Below, in pieces: positions 21,034 through 31,162 of a DNA stretch of 64,000 bases. How positions within the stretch are numbered: position 1 is the stretch's first letter; each line of letters starts with the position of its first letter. Below the pieces are notes generated by a model. The model searched no databases, had not been told where the DNA came from, and was given only the letters and a program-made list of their open reading frames with translations. A program made the translations under genes and the position numbers. This DNA is from Wickerhamiella versatilis (Eukaryota), in contig JAQOWU010000008.1 in NCBI GenBank assembly GCA_030867685.1, positions 2,418,001 to 2,482,000 of the forward strand. The letters are read 5' to 3'.

Positions 21034-22173
21034 ATGCTCACACGAGCCAAGACAAATCTTAGTGCTGGTGTGGTTGGTTTGGCGAATGTGGGGAAGTCTA
21101 CATTGTTTCAAGCACTGGCACAGACCCAAGCCGGTAACCCGGCAAACTATCCGTTTGCTACAATAGACCCTGAAGAGGCCCGCGTTAAGGTTCCAAGCCC
21201 ACGTCTTGATGAGCTGGCGGCTATATACAGGCAAAAATCTATAGTGAACAGTTATTTTACAATTTTTGACATTGCAGGGCTTGTCAAAGGTGCTGCACAG
21301 GGGCATGGCCTAGGCAATGCCTTTCTTGCCCATATCCGAGCAGTCGATGGCCTTTTGCAGATGGTGAGAGTCTTTGAGGACCCAGAGATTATACACACGG
21401 AAGCTCAAGTTGATCCTATCAGGGATGCACAGACCCTCAGTGACGAATTAATTCTCAAAGATATGGAATTTGTTCAAACTGCTATGGAAAAAGTCCAGAG
21501 GAAGGCCAAGTCGGGCATCACAAAGGAAATGCAGGATTTATTGAAGACATGTGGTGCTGCGGCTGAGCTTCTGGACCACGGGAAGCCCGTTGGGTCATCA
21601 ACATGGTCCCCTGACCAGGCAGTACACCTACGGACACTTGGCCTATTGACCACCAAACCCTCAGTTTTCGTGGCAAACATAAGTGAGGAGGATTATTGCT
21701 TCAGCAACGTCGATGCGATTACCGAGGACCTTCGAAAATGGGTCGCTAGCAACTACCCTGGTTCTGAAGTGTTGCCCCTGAGCCCGCCCTTGGAGCTTAG
21801 ACTGGTGAAACTGAGTCCTGAAGAGCGTGCTGCCGAGTTACAGGAATTAGGTGTTGGGTCGAGCATTCCACTTTTGATTCAAAAGATTCGGGGGGCTCTG
21901 GGCCTTCAATCTTTTTTCACCGCTGGAAGTGACGAGGTTCGCGAATGGACGATCAAGACAGGTTCCACTGCCCCAGAAGCAGCCGGCGTGATTCACCAAG
22001 ATTTGGAAAAAACTTTTATCACTGCAAATGTCACCAAATTCCATGATGTAGTGGAATATGGGGGTGACGAGGCCTCGATCAAACGGGCAGGAAAAATTCT
22101 AACTAAGGGCAAAGATTATGTGGTAGAAGATGGCGACGTCATTCATTTCCGGGCGGCCTCGGCACGAAAGTAA
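21034..22173 (+). CDS. Obg-like YchF family ATPase (Ylf2/Ola1)
   Basis: GLANVGKST, NYPFATI, DIAGL, GLGN, NxxE (NISE) and a C-terminal TGS domain (AAGVIH, VEDGD). Some residues resemble YLF2 more than OLA1. Confidence 0.9.
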   Translation: MLTRAKTNLSAGVVGLANVGKSTLFQALAQTQAGNPANYPFATIDPEEARVKVPSPRLDELAAIYRQKSIVNSYFTIFDIAGLVKGAAQGHGLGNAFLAHIRAVDGLLQMVRVFEDPEIIHTEAQVDPIRDAQTLSDELILKDMEFVQTAMEKVQRKAKSGITKEMQDLLKTCGAAAELLDHGKPVGSSTWSPDQAVHLRTLGLLTTKPSVFVANISEEDYCFSNVDAITEDLRKWVASNYPGSEVLPLSPPLELRLVKLSPEERAAELQELGVGSSIPLLIQKIRGALGLQSFFTAGSDEVREWTIKTGSTAPEAAGVIHQDLEKTFITANVTKFHDVVEYGGDEASIKRAGKILTKGKDYVVEDGDVIHFRAASARK

Positions 22174-22451
22174 TATGAAGTCTCTATTACCTAGAAAACC
22201 ATACTATAATAAAATGCGGGATCTTGGTTAGTCTCTGGTACAAATAATTTTTTTCTCACTATTGCATCGACGAGCTGGGTTTATATAGGCCTTACGCCTT
22301 GCTTCCTCATTGACTTACTTTCTTCGATTTAACTGTGACATCACCTGAGATGAACAGTTATGGATTTTTCATTAGTAATAAGAAGACGTAAGTTTCATCA
22401 CTGTCCGTGCGTTGTAAGCAGACCTGTGTGGGTTTCAAATAGACCCAAACA

Positions 22452-23441
22452 ATGACTATTGACGGTACAGCGACCAGCGCGCAGAATAGCGCTGGGGCCG
22501 GGATAGCCGTTGATGCAGTGGGAGGCACGCAAGGTAATGGATGCGCGTCTACAGAAGGTGGATTGGGAACATTGGTGGGTTCTGTCCCTGGTGGGTCAGT
22601 TTCACTGGAAGGCCCGTCGTTATCATCCCCAGTCATTGAGAATAGCTCGCATGCAGCCTCAGAAACGCCAAATTCGAGCCCAAACGTCCAGCGAATCCGT
22701 TTAGTTCCTGTGCTGGGTCATCAGAGCATGGGTTATTCTAATAGTGCACCTATCTTTGAACGACGCCTGACTGGTGCTGGATGCATAAGAATTGGTAGAC
22801 TTGACCCTCCGGGTACAGGGGAAGATATTACTCCAATTGTTTTCAGGTGGTCAAAGGTGGTTAGCCGCACACATGCTGTTATTATGCTTGATGATGATAA
22901 CCGGTGGTACATCAAGGATGTGTCTTCATCCTCAGGCACATTTCTCAATGAGGAACGGCTTAGTCCAGCTGGTAGGGAGTCGACTAAACGGCCATTGTCT
23001 CATGGCGACATTCTTCAATTTGGCATGAACTATCGTGGTGGCCTTGAGCAAATTTATCAAGCCCCACGTGTCAGGGTTGAAATTGAAAGCGGCCATAACC
23101 TCTCCCGTGCACGCTGTGCATCTTCTTATAATATTGCGTCACTCAAGAGGTTACGTGCAGAGCTGGCCTCTGCTCCTGGCAAGTCAAATGGAACCAAATT
23201 AGAAGATTGTGCAATCTGTCTTGAAAAGCTTCGACCCGGTGAATCTCTATTTATTGCACCATGTGCACATGGGTGGCATTATCGCTGCATCAGACCCCTA
23301 GTTGTGCGGGGTTACCCGCTGTTCCAGTGCCCAAACTGCAGGTCAAATTTCGATTTGGAACAGGATGGCTACGAGACAGGGGATGAGGATAGCAGAGAAG
23401 ATCTGGAAGAGCATAATGAAAGAGTAATGGTAGAGGACTAA
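22452..23441 (+). CDS. DMA1: FHA + RING-H2 E3 ubiquitin ligase (Dma1/Dma2 family)
   Basis: FHA (IGR, SKVVSRTHA, SSSGTFLN) plus RING CAIC..CAHGWHYRC..CPNC. Confidence 0.88.
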   Translation: MTIDGTATSAQNSAGAGIAVDAVGGTQGNGCASTEGGLGTLVGSVPGGSVSLEGPSLSSPVIENSSHAASETPNSSPNVQRIRLVPVLGHQSMGYSNSAPIFERRLTGAGCIRIGRLDPPGTGEDITPIVFRWSKVVSRTHAVIMLDDDNRWYIKDVSSSSGTFLNEERLSPAGRESTKRPLSHGDILQFGMNYRGGLEQIYQAPRVRVEIESGHNLSRARCASSYNIASLKRLRAELASAPGKSNGTKLEDCAICLEKLRPGESLFIAPCAHGWHYRCIRPLVVRGYPLFQCPNCRSNFDLEQDGYETGDEDSREDLEEHNERVMVED

Positions 23442-24970
23442 ACTAGGTCTATAATATATTTAGCGAATGATCCTAGTTGTTCTGCGAGCTCGTCAGAGGA
23501 TTTAGTGTTACGCCAGATTTCATGAGGACCATCTAAAATTTTCCAGGCCAGTGCATTGTCACTTAGCCTGAGTAGGAGATGCTGAGCCTCTGACCATCTC
23601 TTACTGGACTTACACATTTCGGCTGATGAGACGACAAGAAGAGGTATCTTCCTCGACAACTTCAAGGTTGCAGTTTCAATATCTAAGCGTGAGCCTCGTG
23701 ATGCAGACAATTGCTGTTGTAACAGCGATTTATGAGCTCGTGATTGTCTGTTAGCCAGAGCACCAATCAATCTGTCCTTACTCGATCCCAGACCTATGAA
23801 AAGACCATGTAGCTTCTGGATTCCGAATATTGCCCCAACACCTTCCCAGTAATTGTCGAATCCTAGAGAGATGCTTTCACTATCATAGAAGATGTCCTCG
23901 TGCAAAGGGTCCACAAGCATCATTCCTTGAATCTGATGAGGTCTCTTCGTGGCATACACACGAGAGTAGAGATTGCCAATGCCATGTGAAACGAGCAGAA
24001 GTGATTCTTCTGAGAAGTGAGGTATAACCTGCACTAAAGCTTGATCCAGAAGGTCCATTATGGTGCTTATGCTTGCAGGAGAAGGAACAGAATCACTAAA
24101 ACCGTAGCCGGGCCGATCCCAGTAGCAAGCATACTTAAGATTTCCTGCTCTCAAAATCCAAGAGGAAAACTCTTCTGCAGGCGACTCTCCAGTTTCAGCT
24201 ATTGCAACGAGGCCATCAGGGTTACCGCCCGGCAGACAGGCGATTCGCATTACCGCAGAATTGTTGGCTGGATAACTGTGACTGTTTCTTGTACTGATAT
24301 TTACGGGCACCTTTGCACCCAGAGGTATGCTTTGTGCGTCAAACGCGTCAAATATAAAATTGATACTAGCACAGATGACAGCTAATGATATTGCAAGCTG
24401 TACGCAAGCATTCAAAAAAGTTAAAAGACGATCGGCAAATCTATGAGAAATACTTTCATTTGCTTCGTCTTCCTCTTGTACTTTTTCTTTTCCCATTATG
24501 TGATCTGAGATAGCACATACAAGGAAGGTCAATGCAGTACCACCAATACTTCCAAGTGCCATATTGTGGCCTATACGATGGCGGAGTTGCTTGACAGAGA
24601 GGATCAAAATAAGATCAAGCACAATGATAACTACTGAAGTCAACTTCATTATGTAGATGGCCTTACCGGGCGTGTTGTAGAAAGCCAGGGCATTTAGCAT
24701 AGCCGATAAGCCAAGCAAAGAAATACCAAAAAGCTCAAACCCAGAGCCATATATGTTATCGAAACCCAATGAATAAAAGGTATCCACTAAAAGAACAATG
24801 ACCCAGACTAAGTTGACGGCCAATAGAAAGTACATAGCCAATTTGAAAGTCTGAGCATACTTCTCTAATGGAGAAATACGATCATGATTTAACAATGGAG
24901 CTGTCTCATGGTTACTTGCATCATCAATGGTAGTCCCAACCCCGCCAGTCTGAGACTCTTCGTCGGTCAT
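23438..24970 (-). CDS. Multi-TM membrane protein with a C-terminal alpha/beta-hydrolase-fold domain
   Basis: About five N-terminal TM helices; YWDRPGYGFSD, SHGIG and LVDPLHE. Confidence 0.75.
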   Translation of the reverse strand: MTDEESQTGGVGTTIDDASNHETAPLLNHDRISPLEKYAQTFKLAMYFLLAVNLVWVIVLLVDTFYSLGFDNIYGSGFELFGISLLGLSAMLNALAFYNTPGKAIYIMKLTSVVIIVLDLILILSVKQLRHRIGHNMALGSIGGTALTFLVCAISDHIMGKEKVQEEDEANESISHRFADRLLTFLNACVQLAISLAVICASINFIFDAFDAQSIPLGAKVPVNISTRNSHSYPANNSAVMRIACLPGGNPDGLVAIAETGESPAEEFSSWILRAGNLKYACYWDRPGYGFSDSVPSPASISTIMDLLDQALVQVIPHFSEESLLLVSHGIGNLYSRVYATKRPHQIQGMMLVDPLHEDIFYDSESISLGFDNYWEGVGAIFGIQKLHGLFIGLGSSKDRLIGALANRQSRAHKSLLQQQLSASRGSRLDIETATLKLSRKIPLLVVSSAEMCKSSKRWSEAQHLLLRLSDNALAWKILDGPHEIWRNTKSSDELAEQLGSFAKYIIDLV

Positions 24971-25192
24971 CCTGACTTGGTCGCTAGAGCCACGTACAGT
25001 ACTTGTATTTATATCCTGAGTTGGCTAGCCAGCAAATATAGAGATCTGAACCGAAATAATTCTTCCGACGAGGATTATATGCTTTTGCTGGATGCGATTC
25101 ACCACTCGGCAAGAAAGATATAAGGCAATTAGTTATGCCTATACCCTTACCCACACCATTGCTTAACATCACTTGGGCGCACATACTGTTTC

Positions 25193-27355
25193 ATGAGGGC
25201 AGTGCTAACAGCCCTACTATTCGTAGGAGCGACTAACTGTTTCTCATTGAGAAACTTCCTTAGAATTGACAGAGTGTTTGATATTGGTGCTGGTGCAGAA
25301 GTGAATGATACGCAAGTTATCGATATCCACGATAATGATGATAGACAAGTGATTGATGCAGTTGGTGAAGCAATTTTAGCTGAGGTAGATGATTGCGAAT
25401 TAGGGGAAGCAGAATGTGCATCCCCTACTGCTGTAAAGGTTGCATACTCACCAAATGAGAATTGGCGCGATGACATCCCGGGGCATAAAACTCTCCAAGC
25501 TTTCTTCTCTCGACTTAACAAATTTGGAAGCTCAAAATTGTCACCGTGTAATGCTTGCAAACATGTATTGAAAATCCTGCGACATATATCTATTTACCAT
25601 TCATCTTCCGTTCCAGCGGCTCTTGATGCGCTCTGCAGTCATACAAGCCAAAGGGCACAGCATTCACTGGGATTGTGTTCAAGCCTGAGATACTATCATT
25701 CTGGAGATGGAGATGGAATATTTAGCTTCTTACCCGATCTCACCAATGCGCTTCGTTCAATGGATGTCGATGGACTTGACGGGGAATATTTCTGCCATTA
25801 TATGTTCTCTGATGCATGCCCAAGACCGGTAACCCCAAAAGTAAATTATGAGGAATTCTGGCCGGAAGCCCCTGCCAAAATAAAAAAGCCAAAATCACGA
25901 GGAAACACTTTTAAGGTATTGCATTTATCTGACATCCATCTTCAGATCAATTATACAGAGGGGTCTCCGGCAAATTGTCTGTCATTGATGTGCTGTGAAG
26001 AGAGGTCTTTACAAAATCCACTGGAGCCAAGACTTGGCGCTCCCAAATGGGGATATTATTGGTGTGACGCTCCTCCCGCCCTATTAGATTCGACATTGAG
26101 GGATGCACGACGCTTTCAATATGAATTCGCGTTATTTACAGGGGACATGGTAGATCATAACCCTGTATTTATATCCAAGCATGATACAATCCTAGAGGAG
26201 GAAGTTTCTTTGCGATCACTCAAGAGGGAGCTTGGGATGATGCCAGTATATCCAGTGCTTGGGAACCACGACTCTTACCCCTACGGACAAGAGCCACAAC
26301 CCAGCTCCCCGTATACAGCACGAACTCAATTCAACATTGATTTGATGCAGCATTTGTGGTCTTCCGAGTTCAAATGGATTGATAAACCAACAGCCGGTGA
26401 GCTAAGATGTACACGTGGTGCTTATGCTGTTATGGCAAAACCTGGGTTGAAGATAATAACTCTCAATTCGAACTTCTGGTACCGATGGAATTTCTATATG
26501 TATGACAATGTAAAAGAGCCAGACACATCCGGGGTTTTTCGATTTCTCATTGATGAACTAGCTGAATGTGAAAAATTGGGTATTAGAGCATGGGTCCAAG
26601 CTCATGTCCCACCTGGAGGACTACCAGATGAGGCATTACCATTTGGCTCTTCATTCCTCACAGCCATCCTCCAGAGGTTTAGTGACACGATAGCTGCAAC
26701 ATTTTTTGGCCACACGCACTTGGACGAGTTTATTGTTCTTTATAACGGTGGAACCTCATCAGTGAACAAGTCTGAGGAGAACGCCATAGGTACCGCATGG
26801 ATAGCTCCCAGTATAACCCCTTTCACTGAGATAAACCCAAGCTGGAGGTACTACGAAGTTGATGCTGATACCTTTGAAATAATGGATTCAGTAACTTATG
26901 CTGCCGCAATAGAGCCGTCTTTTGGCTACTCCTGGCCAAATGCTCCTGATCTTATGTGGCTGCGTGAATATTCTGCACGTGAAACATATGGGCCTCAAAT
27001 TGGAGGATGGCCAGCTTCCGAGCCTCTTAATGGCAGGTTTTGGCATAGAGTTGCAGAGCGTATATTGAAAGACCCTTGCTTCTCCGAAGACTTTGTCAAG
27101 CGAAGCTACCGCTTCACTCCTCTGGCTCCGCAATGTAAATCAAGAAACTGCCAAGTTGAACATTATTGCTACGCAACTTCTATGTCAGTTGATCAGGTTG
27201 AAGATTGTTATTGTAAGTATGGTGCCTCTAATTCCGGTGAACACAAAAACCGGCACAAGCCAAAGTATAAGGATGAGCGAGGTCATCCCAAGCAATTACA
27301 TGGGGTTCCCACATTCCCAATGCGTCGTCCCAAGAGGCACAGCTATCTAGATTAA
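25193..27355 (+). CDS. Secreted/vacuolar acid sphingomyelinase-like phosphodiesterase (saposin + metallophosphoesterase)
   Basis: Signal peptide and saposin-like Cys pattern; HLSDIH, FTGD, GNHD, AHVPP and FGHTH. Confidence 0.88.
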   Translation: MRAVLTALLFVGATNCFSLRNFLRIDRVFDIGAGAEVNDTQVIDIHDNDDRQVIDAVGEAILAEVDDCELGEAECASPTAVKVAYSPNENWRDDIPGHKTLQAFFSRLNKFGSSKLSPCNACKHVLKILRHISIYHSSSVPAALDALCSHTSQRAQHSLGLCSSLRYYHSGDGDGIFSFLPDLTNALRSMDVDGLDGEYFCHYMFSDACPRPVTPKVNYEEFWPEAPAKIKKPKSRGNTFKVLHLSDIHLQINYTEGSPANCLSLMCCEERSLQNPLEPRLGAPKWGYYWCDAPPALLDSTLRDARRFQYEFALFTGDMVDHNPVFISKHDTILEEEVSLRSLKRELGMMPVYPVLGNHDSYPYGQEPQPSSPYTARTQFNIDLMQHLWSSEFKWIDKPTAGELRCTRGAYAVMAKPGLKIITLNSNFWYRWNFYMYDNVKEPDTSGVFRFLIDELAECEKLGIRAWVQAHVPPGGLPDEALPFGSSFLTAILQRFSDTIAATFFGHTHLDEFIVLYNGGTSSVNKSEENAIGTAWIAPSITPFTEINPSWRYYEVDADTFEIMDSVTYAAAIEPSFGYSWPNAPDLMWLREYSARETYGPQIGGWPASEPLNGRFWHRVAERILKDPCFSEDFVKRSYRFTPLAPQCKSRNCQVEHYCYATSMSVDQVEDCYCKYGASNSGEHKNRHKPKYKDERGHPKQLHGVPTFPMRRPKRHSYLD

Positions 27356-27419
27356 GGGCCAGACGCTACATAATTTTAAACAGAAATACTCTCTAGTATG
27401 TAAATTATTTCATTGAAAT

Positions 27420-30400
27420 CTAAGACGTTGGCTTGATTATTCCCACACCTAAGCGGCAAATCTCTTGAATTATTGCATTTTTATCCAATGATACAAGTCC
27501 CTGGGAGGTTTCTTTTGTCGGGTAAGGCGTACCCGGCTTAAACTTTGAAGGTGTTAAATCGATAGCGGGGTTCCATATTCCAGCGACGACTAAATTGGGA
27601 CTTTCTTCTCTTTCGTCAATAGAAAAATTGGAAAAAAGAATCAAACTATTAGAGTAAGCACGTTGCACGTCGCGGAAAAAGGACAAAGCTGGATTTCGAG
27701 CCTGAGCCATTGCTTTTAAGGGGTCACTCAAAACTTCATTTTTCCAGATATTGGGTTTAAGATGAGGAGATACTCTCAACTTAACGGGGAAATCTTGAAG
27801 CGCCGGACTAAATATATTGTCAATATCCAACTCTTGCATGTGTGTGACAATTCGAGCTAATGTCGTTACACGGGAGGCAATTAATGGAGCTACACGGCTT
27901 CTTGGCTCATTTTTGGTCCAAAGGATACCTGTTGGGTCAATACGTGACTCAATTAACCAAGGAGCTTGAGTATATGCTGCGTCATTATGTCGTTGCTCCG
28001 AAAATGAATTCATTAAGGTCTGATAGAAGGTAATGTCAAGATCGCAACCGGTGACTAGATTAGATGATTCACTGAAATCATAAATTATGGGCTCTGATTT
28101 CCAATTCCAGCGAGAAAGAAAGGACATAACTCGCATGAAACCCGAAGTGGCAGAAGAGGGCACTGCATATGGACTCGAATCAAGGAAAGGATGACAAGCC
28201 ACCAGCTCAATAGCCTCTTCTCGCACGTGAGAGGCAATCATTTGTCCTTGAAACCATTTCTTCATAATTCGCATGACGATAGAGAGAGCTGGATACCGCT
28301 GGGCAAGCGATGCAATTGCACGAGTATGATTAATTTTGGATCGTAGCTCTGAATCGTATTTTGTTGCAAGAAGTAACCGGAAATGGAATCCTTCTGGCGT
28401 TTGTACTAGTAAAAATCCGACACCAGCCCCATCTGTTCCGACCAGCGGACTGTATGACGGAAGTTGCTGGCGAATGAGTTCAGCAATTCGTATCAAAAAA
28501 GCAGTTTTTGTTTTTTCACGGGCCGCAATATCTGTTGGCCATTTTCTAGAAGACTCCAGCTCAATTGCTGCTTCGGCAAAATCATTACTTTGGCATTGAT
28601 ACGGCTGAGGTCCTGAGAGGGCAGCGTATCTGCATAACGCAGAAGTTCCATAAACACCTGAAATACGCAATGGGGTGTCCTTAAGACCTTGCAAAGACTG
28701 CCCTAATTTTTGGAGGGCAGTATTTATAGTGGAAAAATGACTTCCATTATCGACGAGAGACTCGAGATTGGGTGATAGTTTGATGGCAGCTCCTCGGAAA
28801 TTCTTTTTCAAGATATACTGCGTAATTTCTGTCATGACCGTAATAGCAGTGTCGCTATTCCATACCACCGCTTCACGAATCACACCATCCTGGAAACGGC
28901 GAGTAGCAGTCTTTTCCCCCCAGAAAGACTTGAAATCTTGGTCTCCATCATCAGACAAAGTTACTCTGCGTGCAGCCTGGCTAGGATCAATAACTGCCCC
29001 AACTTCGAAAGTCACGCGCAGACTTTCTGCTGGAGGCTTACTAGCAAGAGCCCACTCCGCTGGCTCTTCTAGAGACTTGACCACAAAAGCATGCACACGG
29101 GATCCCCAAGCTTGGCGCAAAATTTCTGATACCTTGAATTCTGCATATTGTTGAGAAGAAGGCCAAAGGTCCGCAGACCATTCAGATAATGATGAAGGAA
29201 GGAGATTTACTTTGAAGGCAAAGTCTGTTCTTTGTGCCAACTGACCCCCATACCTTAAAAACAAATCACCGAAATGGTCCTTAACATTGTCATTGAGCAT
29301 ATCCACGGAGATTTTGGCTTCATATTGGAGAAACTTGGCATTTTCGGTGGAAAAAAGCTCAAGGATGTTCCACTGCCCAAACATTAAACGTGGCTTGTCG
29401 TCATCCTCGTCGATAACATCGAGAGGCATTGATGGTTTACCCACCTCCAGTTGAAGAAAGTCTGTAGTTGATAAATACAGTAGAGTTACTTTTACCAGCT
29501 GATAAGAGCTGAATCCAGGCAGAAGAACCCGTTTGCCAGAAGAGTGCCCTCCTTGAAGCAGTGCTGCCATCAAAACCGTCCATTCGAAGCGACCAAAGCC
29601 AGGAAAGCCTCCACGCTGTCTCAGCCATAGTGCACCAAGCTTGCAAGCATCCCCAAATGCAGGACATAATGAACTAACTTCATGAACGTAGGTGAGGAGA
29701 GCTTGGTGGGACTGATCAGCTAGAATTGAATTATTATAATTTGGAGTAGCCATGCTGGTAGATCGAACGCAGTTTCTATCTTCGGCTAACTTCCGCTCTG
29801 GAAAAGTACTAGCAGGAACACCAAGATGCAGCAATATATGAAATCTTTTGCGAAGTTTTGGCGATAAGAAATCTAACCTCAAAATAGGACGGAGTGGGTC
29901 AGAGTGGATATATTGGTATCGAGGAGATAGATCAAGCTTTGAGTGTGCAGCAATTATGGCACCGACTGCAGCAAGATAAAATGCTCGTTTGTGAAAATAT
30001 CTGTAATTCAAATAGTCCTTCGCTTCAAATAAAGAAGAAGGCATTTCCACATAGAGATCGATTCCAGTAGTCTCAGGACACTTAGTCGCACTGTGTAAAG
30101 CCCAGCTTCCAATGACATTGATAACTTGAGGCGGGGTATACGCAAAACTATATTGAATGTCACTTGTTGGGCGACAATGCGTGGGCCAAGGAATAGACCC
30201 TTGGAATAAGTTTTCAGTATCTTTGAGTTGAACGGCGTCTATAGGGTCCGACTCGAAGAGGATATCTTTCAATACATGAAGAGTTTTGTTAGCTTCCGTG
30301 ATATACTTTTCTTCAAGCTTTACCTCTCCAAGAAGCTCATCGACCTCAAGCTTGAATACATTTGATTTGAATAAATCGCTGGTTTCTTTGGCAACCCGAA

Positions 30401-30584
30401 CATCTTGGCCAGTTAAGTTTTTTCGTGGGTGATCCTTAGGATCCTTCTTTGAAAACTTGCTTTCCGCAGCTCTGGCAGTTTCTCCAAGTTCACTATTATC
30501 AGATACATCTGAAAAAGCGTTATCAGAATCCTCTGCCGAGCTTTGCTCGCTCAATTCTGCCAAAGACTTGATGGATTTATCCAT
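27420..30584 (-). CDS. UTP22: Nrap-family U3 snoRNP protein
   Basis: LFKSNVFKL, KDYLNYRYFHKRAFYL, FWGEK..RRFQDG and ESSRKWP. Confidence 0.93.
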   Translation of the reverse strand: MDKSIKSLAELSEQSSAEDSDNAFSDVSDNSELGETARAAESKFSKKDPKDHPRKNLTGQDVRVAKETSDLFKSNVFKLEVDELLGEVKLEEKYITEANKTLHVLKDILFESDPIDAVQLKDTENLFQGSIPWPTHCRPTSDIQYSFAYTPPQVINVIGSWALHSATKCPETTGIDLYVEMPSSLFEAKDYLNYRYFHKRAFYLAAVGAIIAAHSKLDLSPRYQYIHSDPLRPILRLDFLSPKLRKRFHILLHLGVPASTFPERKLAEDRNCVRSTSMATPNYNNSILADQSHQALLTYVHEVSSLCPAFGDACKLGALWLRQRGGFPGFGRFEWTVLMAALLQGGHSSGKRVLLPGFSSYQLVKVTLLYLSTTDFLQLEVGKPSMPLDVIDEDDDKPRLMFGQWNILELFSTENAKFLQYEAKISVDMLNDNVKDHFGDLFLRYGGQLAQRTDFAFKVNLLPSSLSEWSADLWPSSQQYAEFKVSEILRQAWGSRVHAFVVKSLEEPAEWALASKPPAESLRVTFEVGAVIDPSQAARRVTLSDDGDQDFKSFWGEKTATRRFQDGVIREAVVWNSDTAITVMTEITQYILKKNFRGAAIKLSPNLESLVDNGSHFSTINTALQKLGQSLQGLKDTPLRISGVYGTSALCRYAALSGPQPYQCQSNDFAEAAIELESSRKWPTDIAAREKTKTAFLIRIAELIRQQLPSYSPLVGTDGAGVGFLLVQTPEGFHFRLLLATKYDSELRSKINHTRAIASLAQRYPALSIVMRIMKKWFQGQMIASHVREEAIELVACHPFLDSSPYAVPSSATSGFMRVMSFLSRWNWKSEPIIYDFSESSNLVTGCDLDITFYQTLMNSFSEQRHNDAAYTQAPWLIESRIDPTGILWTKNEPRSRVAPLIASRVTTLARIVTHMQELDIDNIFSPALQDFPVKLRVSPHLKPNIWKNEVLSDPLKAMAQARNPALSFFRDVQRAYSNSLILFSNFSIDEREESPNLVVAGIWNPAIDLTPSKFKPGTPYPTKETSQGLVSLDKNAIIQEICRLGVGIIKPTS

Positions 30585-31162
30585 GAAATTTATTATGTCT
30601 GAGGTTAGGGGTTCGTTTTTAGCTGGTTCTCAAGGAACCTCTCCACTCAGAATGCGTGGGCTATTTGGCTGCTAACAGATAGGATCAGCTATTTATATGA
30701 AAAGTATAAATCAGCCATTAAAGCTCCAATTTTTTTTATAGCAGACGTAAGCCTACAAAAAAGACTGGTGCAAGTTTTAGGCCTATGTGGATGTGTCCAA
30801 TAGTTTGAAATAATGGTATCCCAGCTGAGAACTCACTGAAAACAAAATTTTCATGCTGGTATCTAGAGGGACCCGAACTGGTTGAAATGGAAACTGCTAT
30901 CAGTATAAGTATTTGCTTACACCGTCTTTGCTATAGTTTTCATTGATAAAGTGATTTCCGACTTAACAAAGAAGAAGACCTTAAAAACTAAATTCTAAAA
31001 CTACAACCGTGACGGCGACCTATAAATATTGCTCTCCGGTATATAATGGCAATTCCATACAGGGCTAGGGTATATATTGTCGGGATTCTAGTTTCTCGCT
31101 TACCCTGCACGTTAGCCACACCACAAAGAGCCGACAGCGCTTCATAGTGAGAAAATTGGAGA

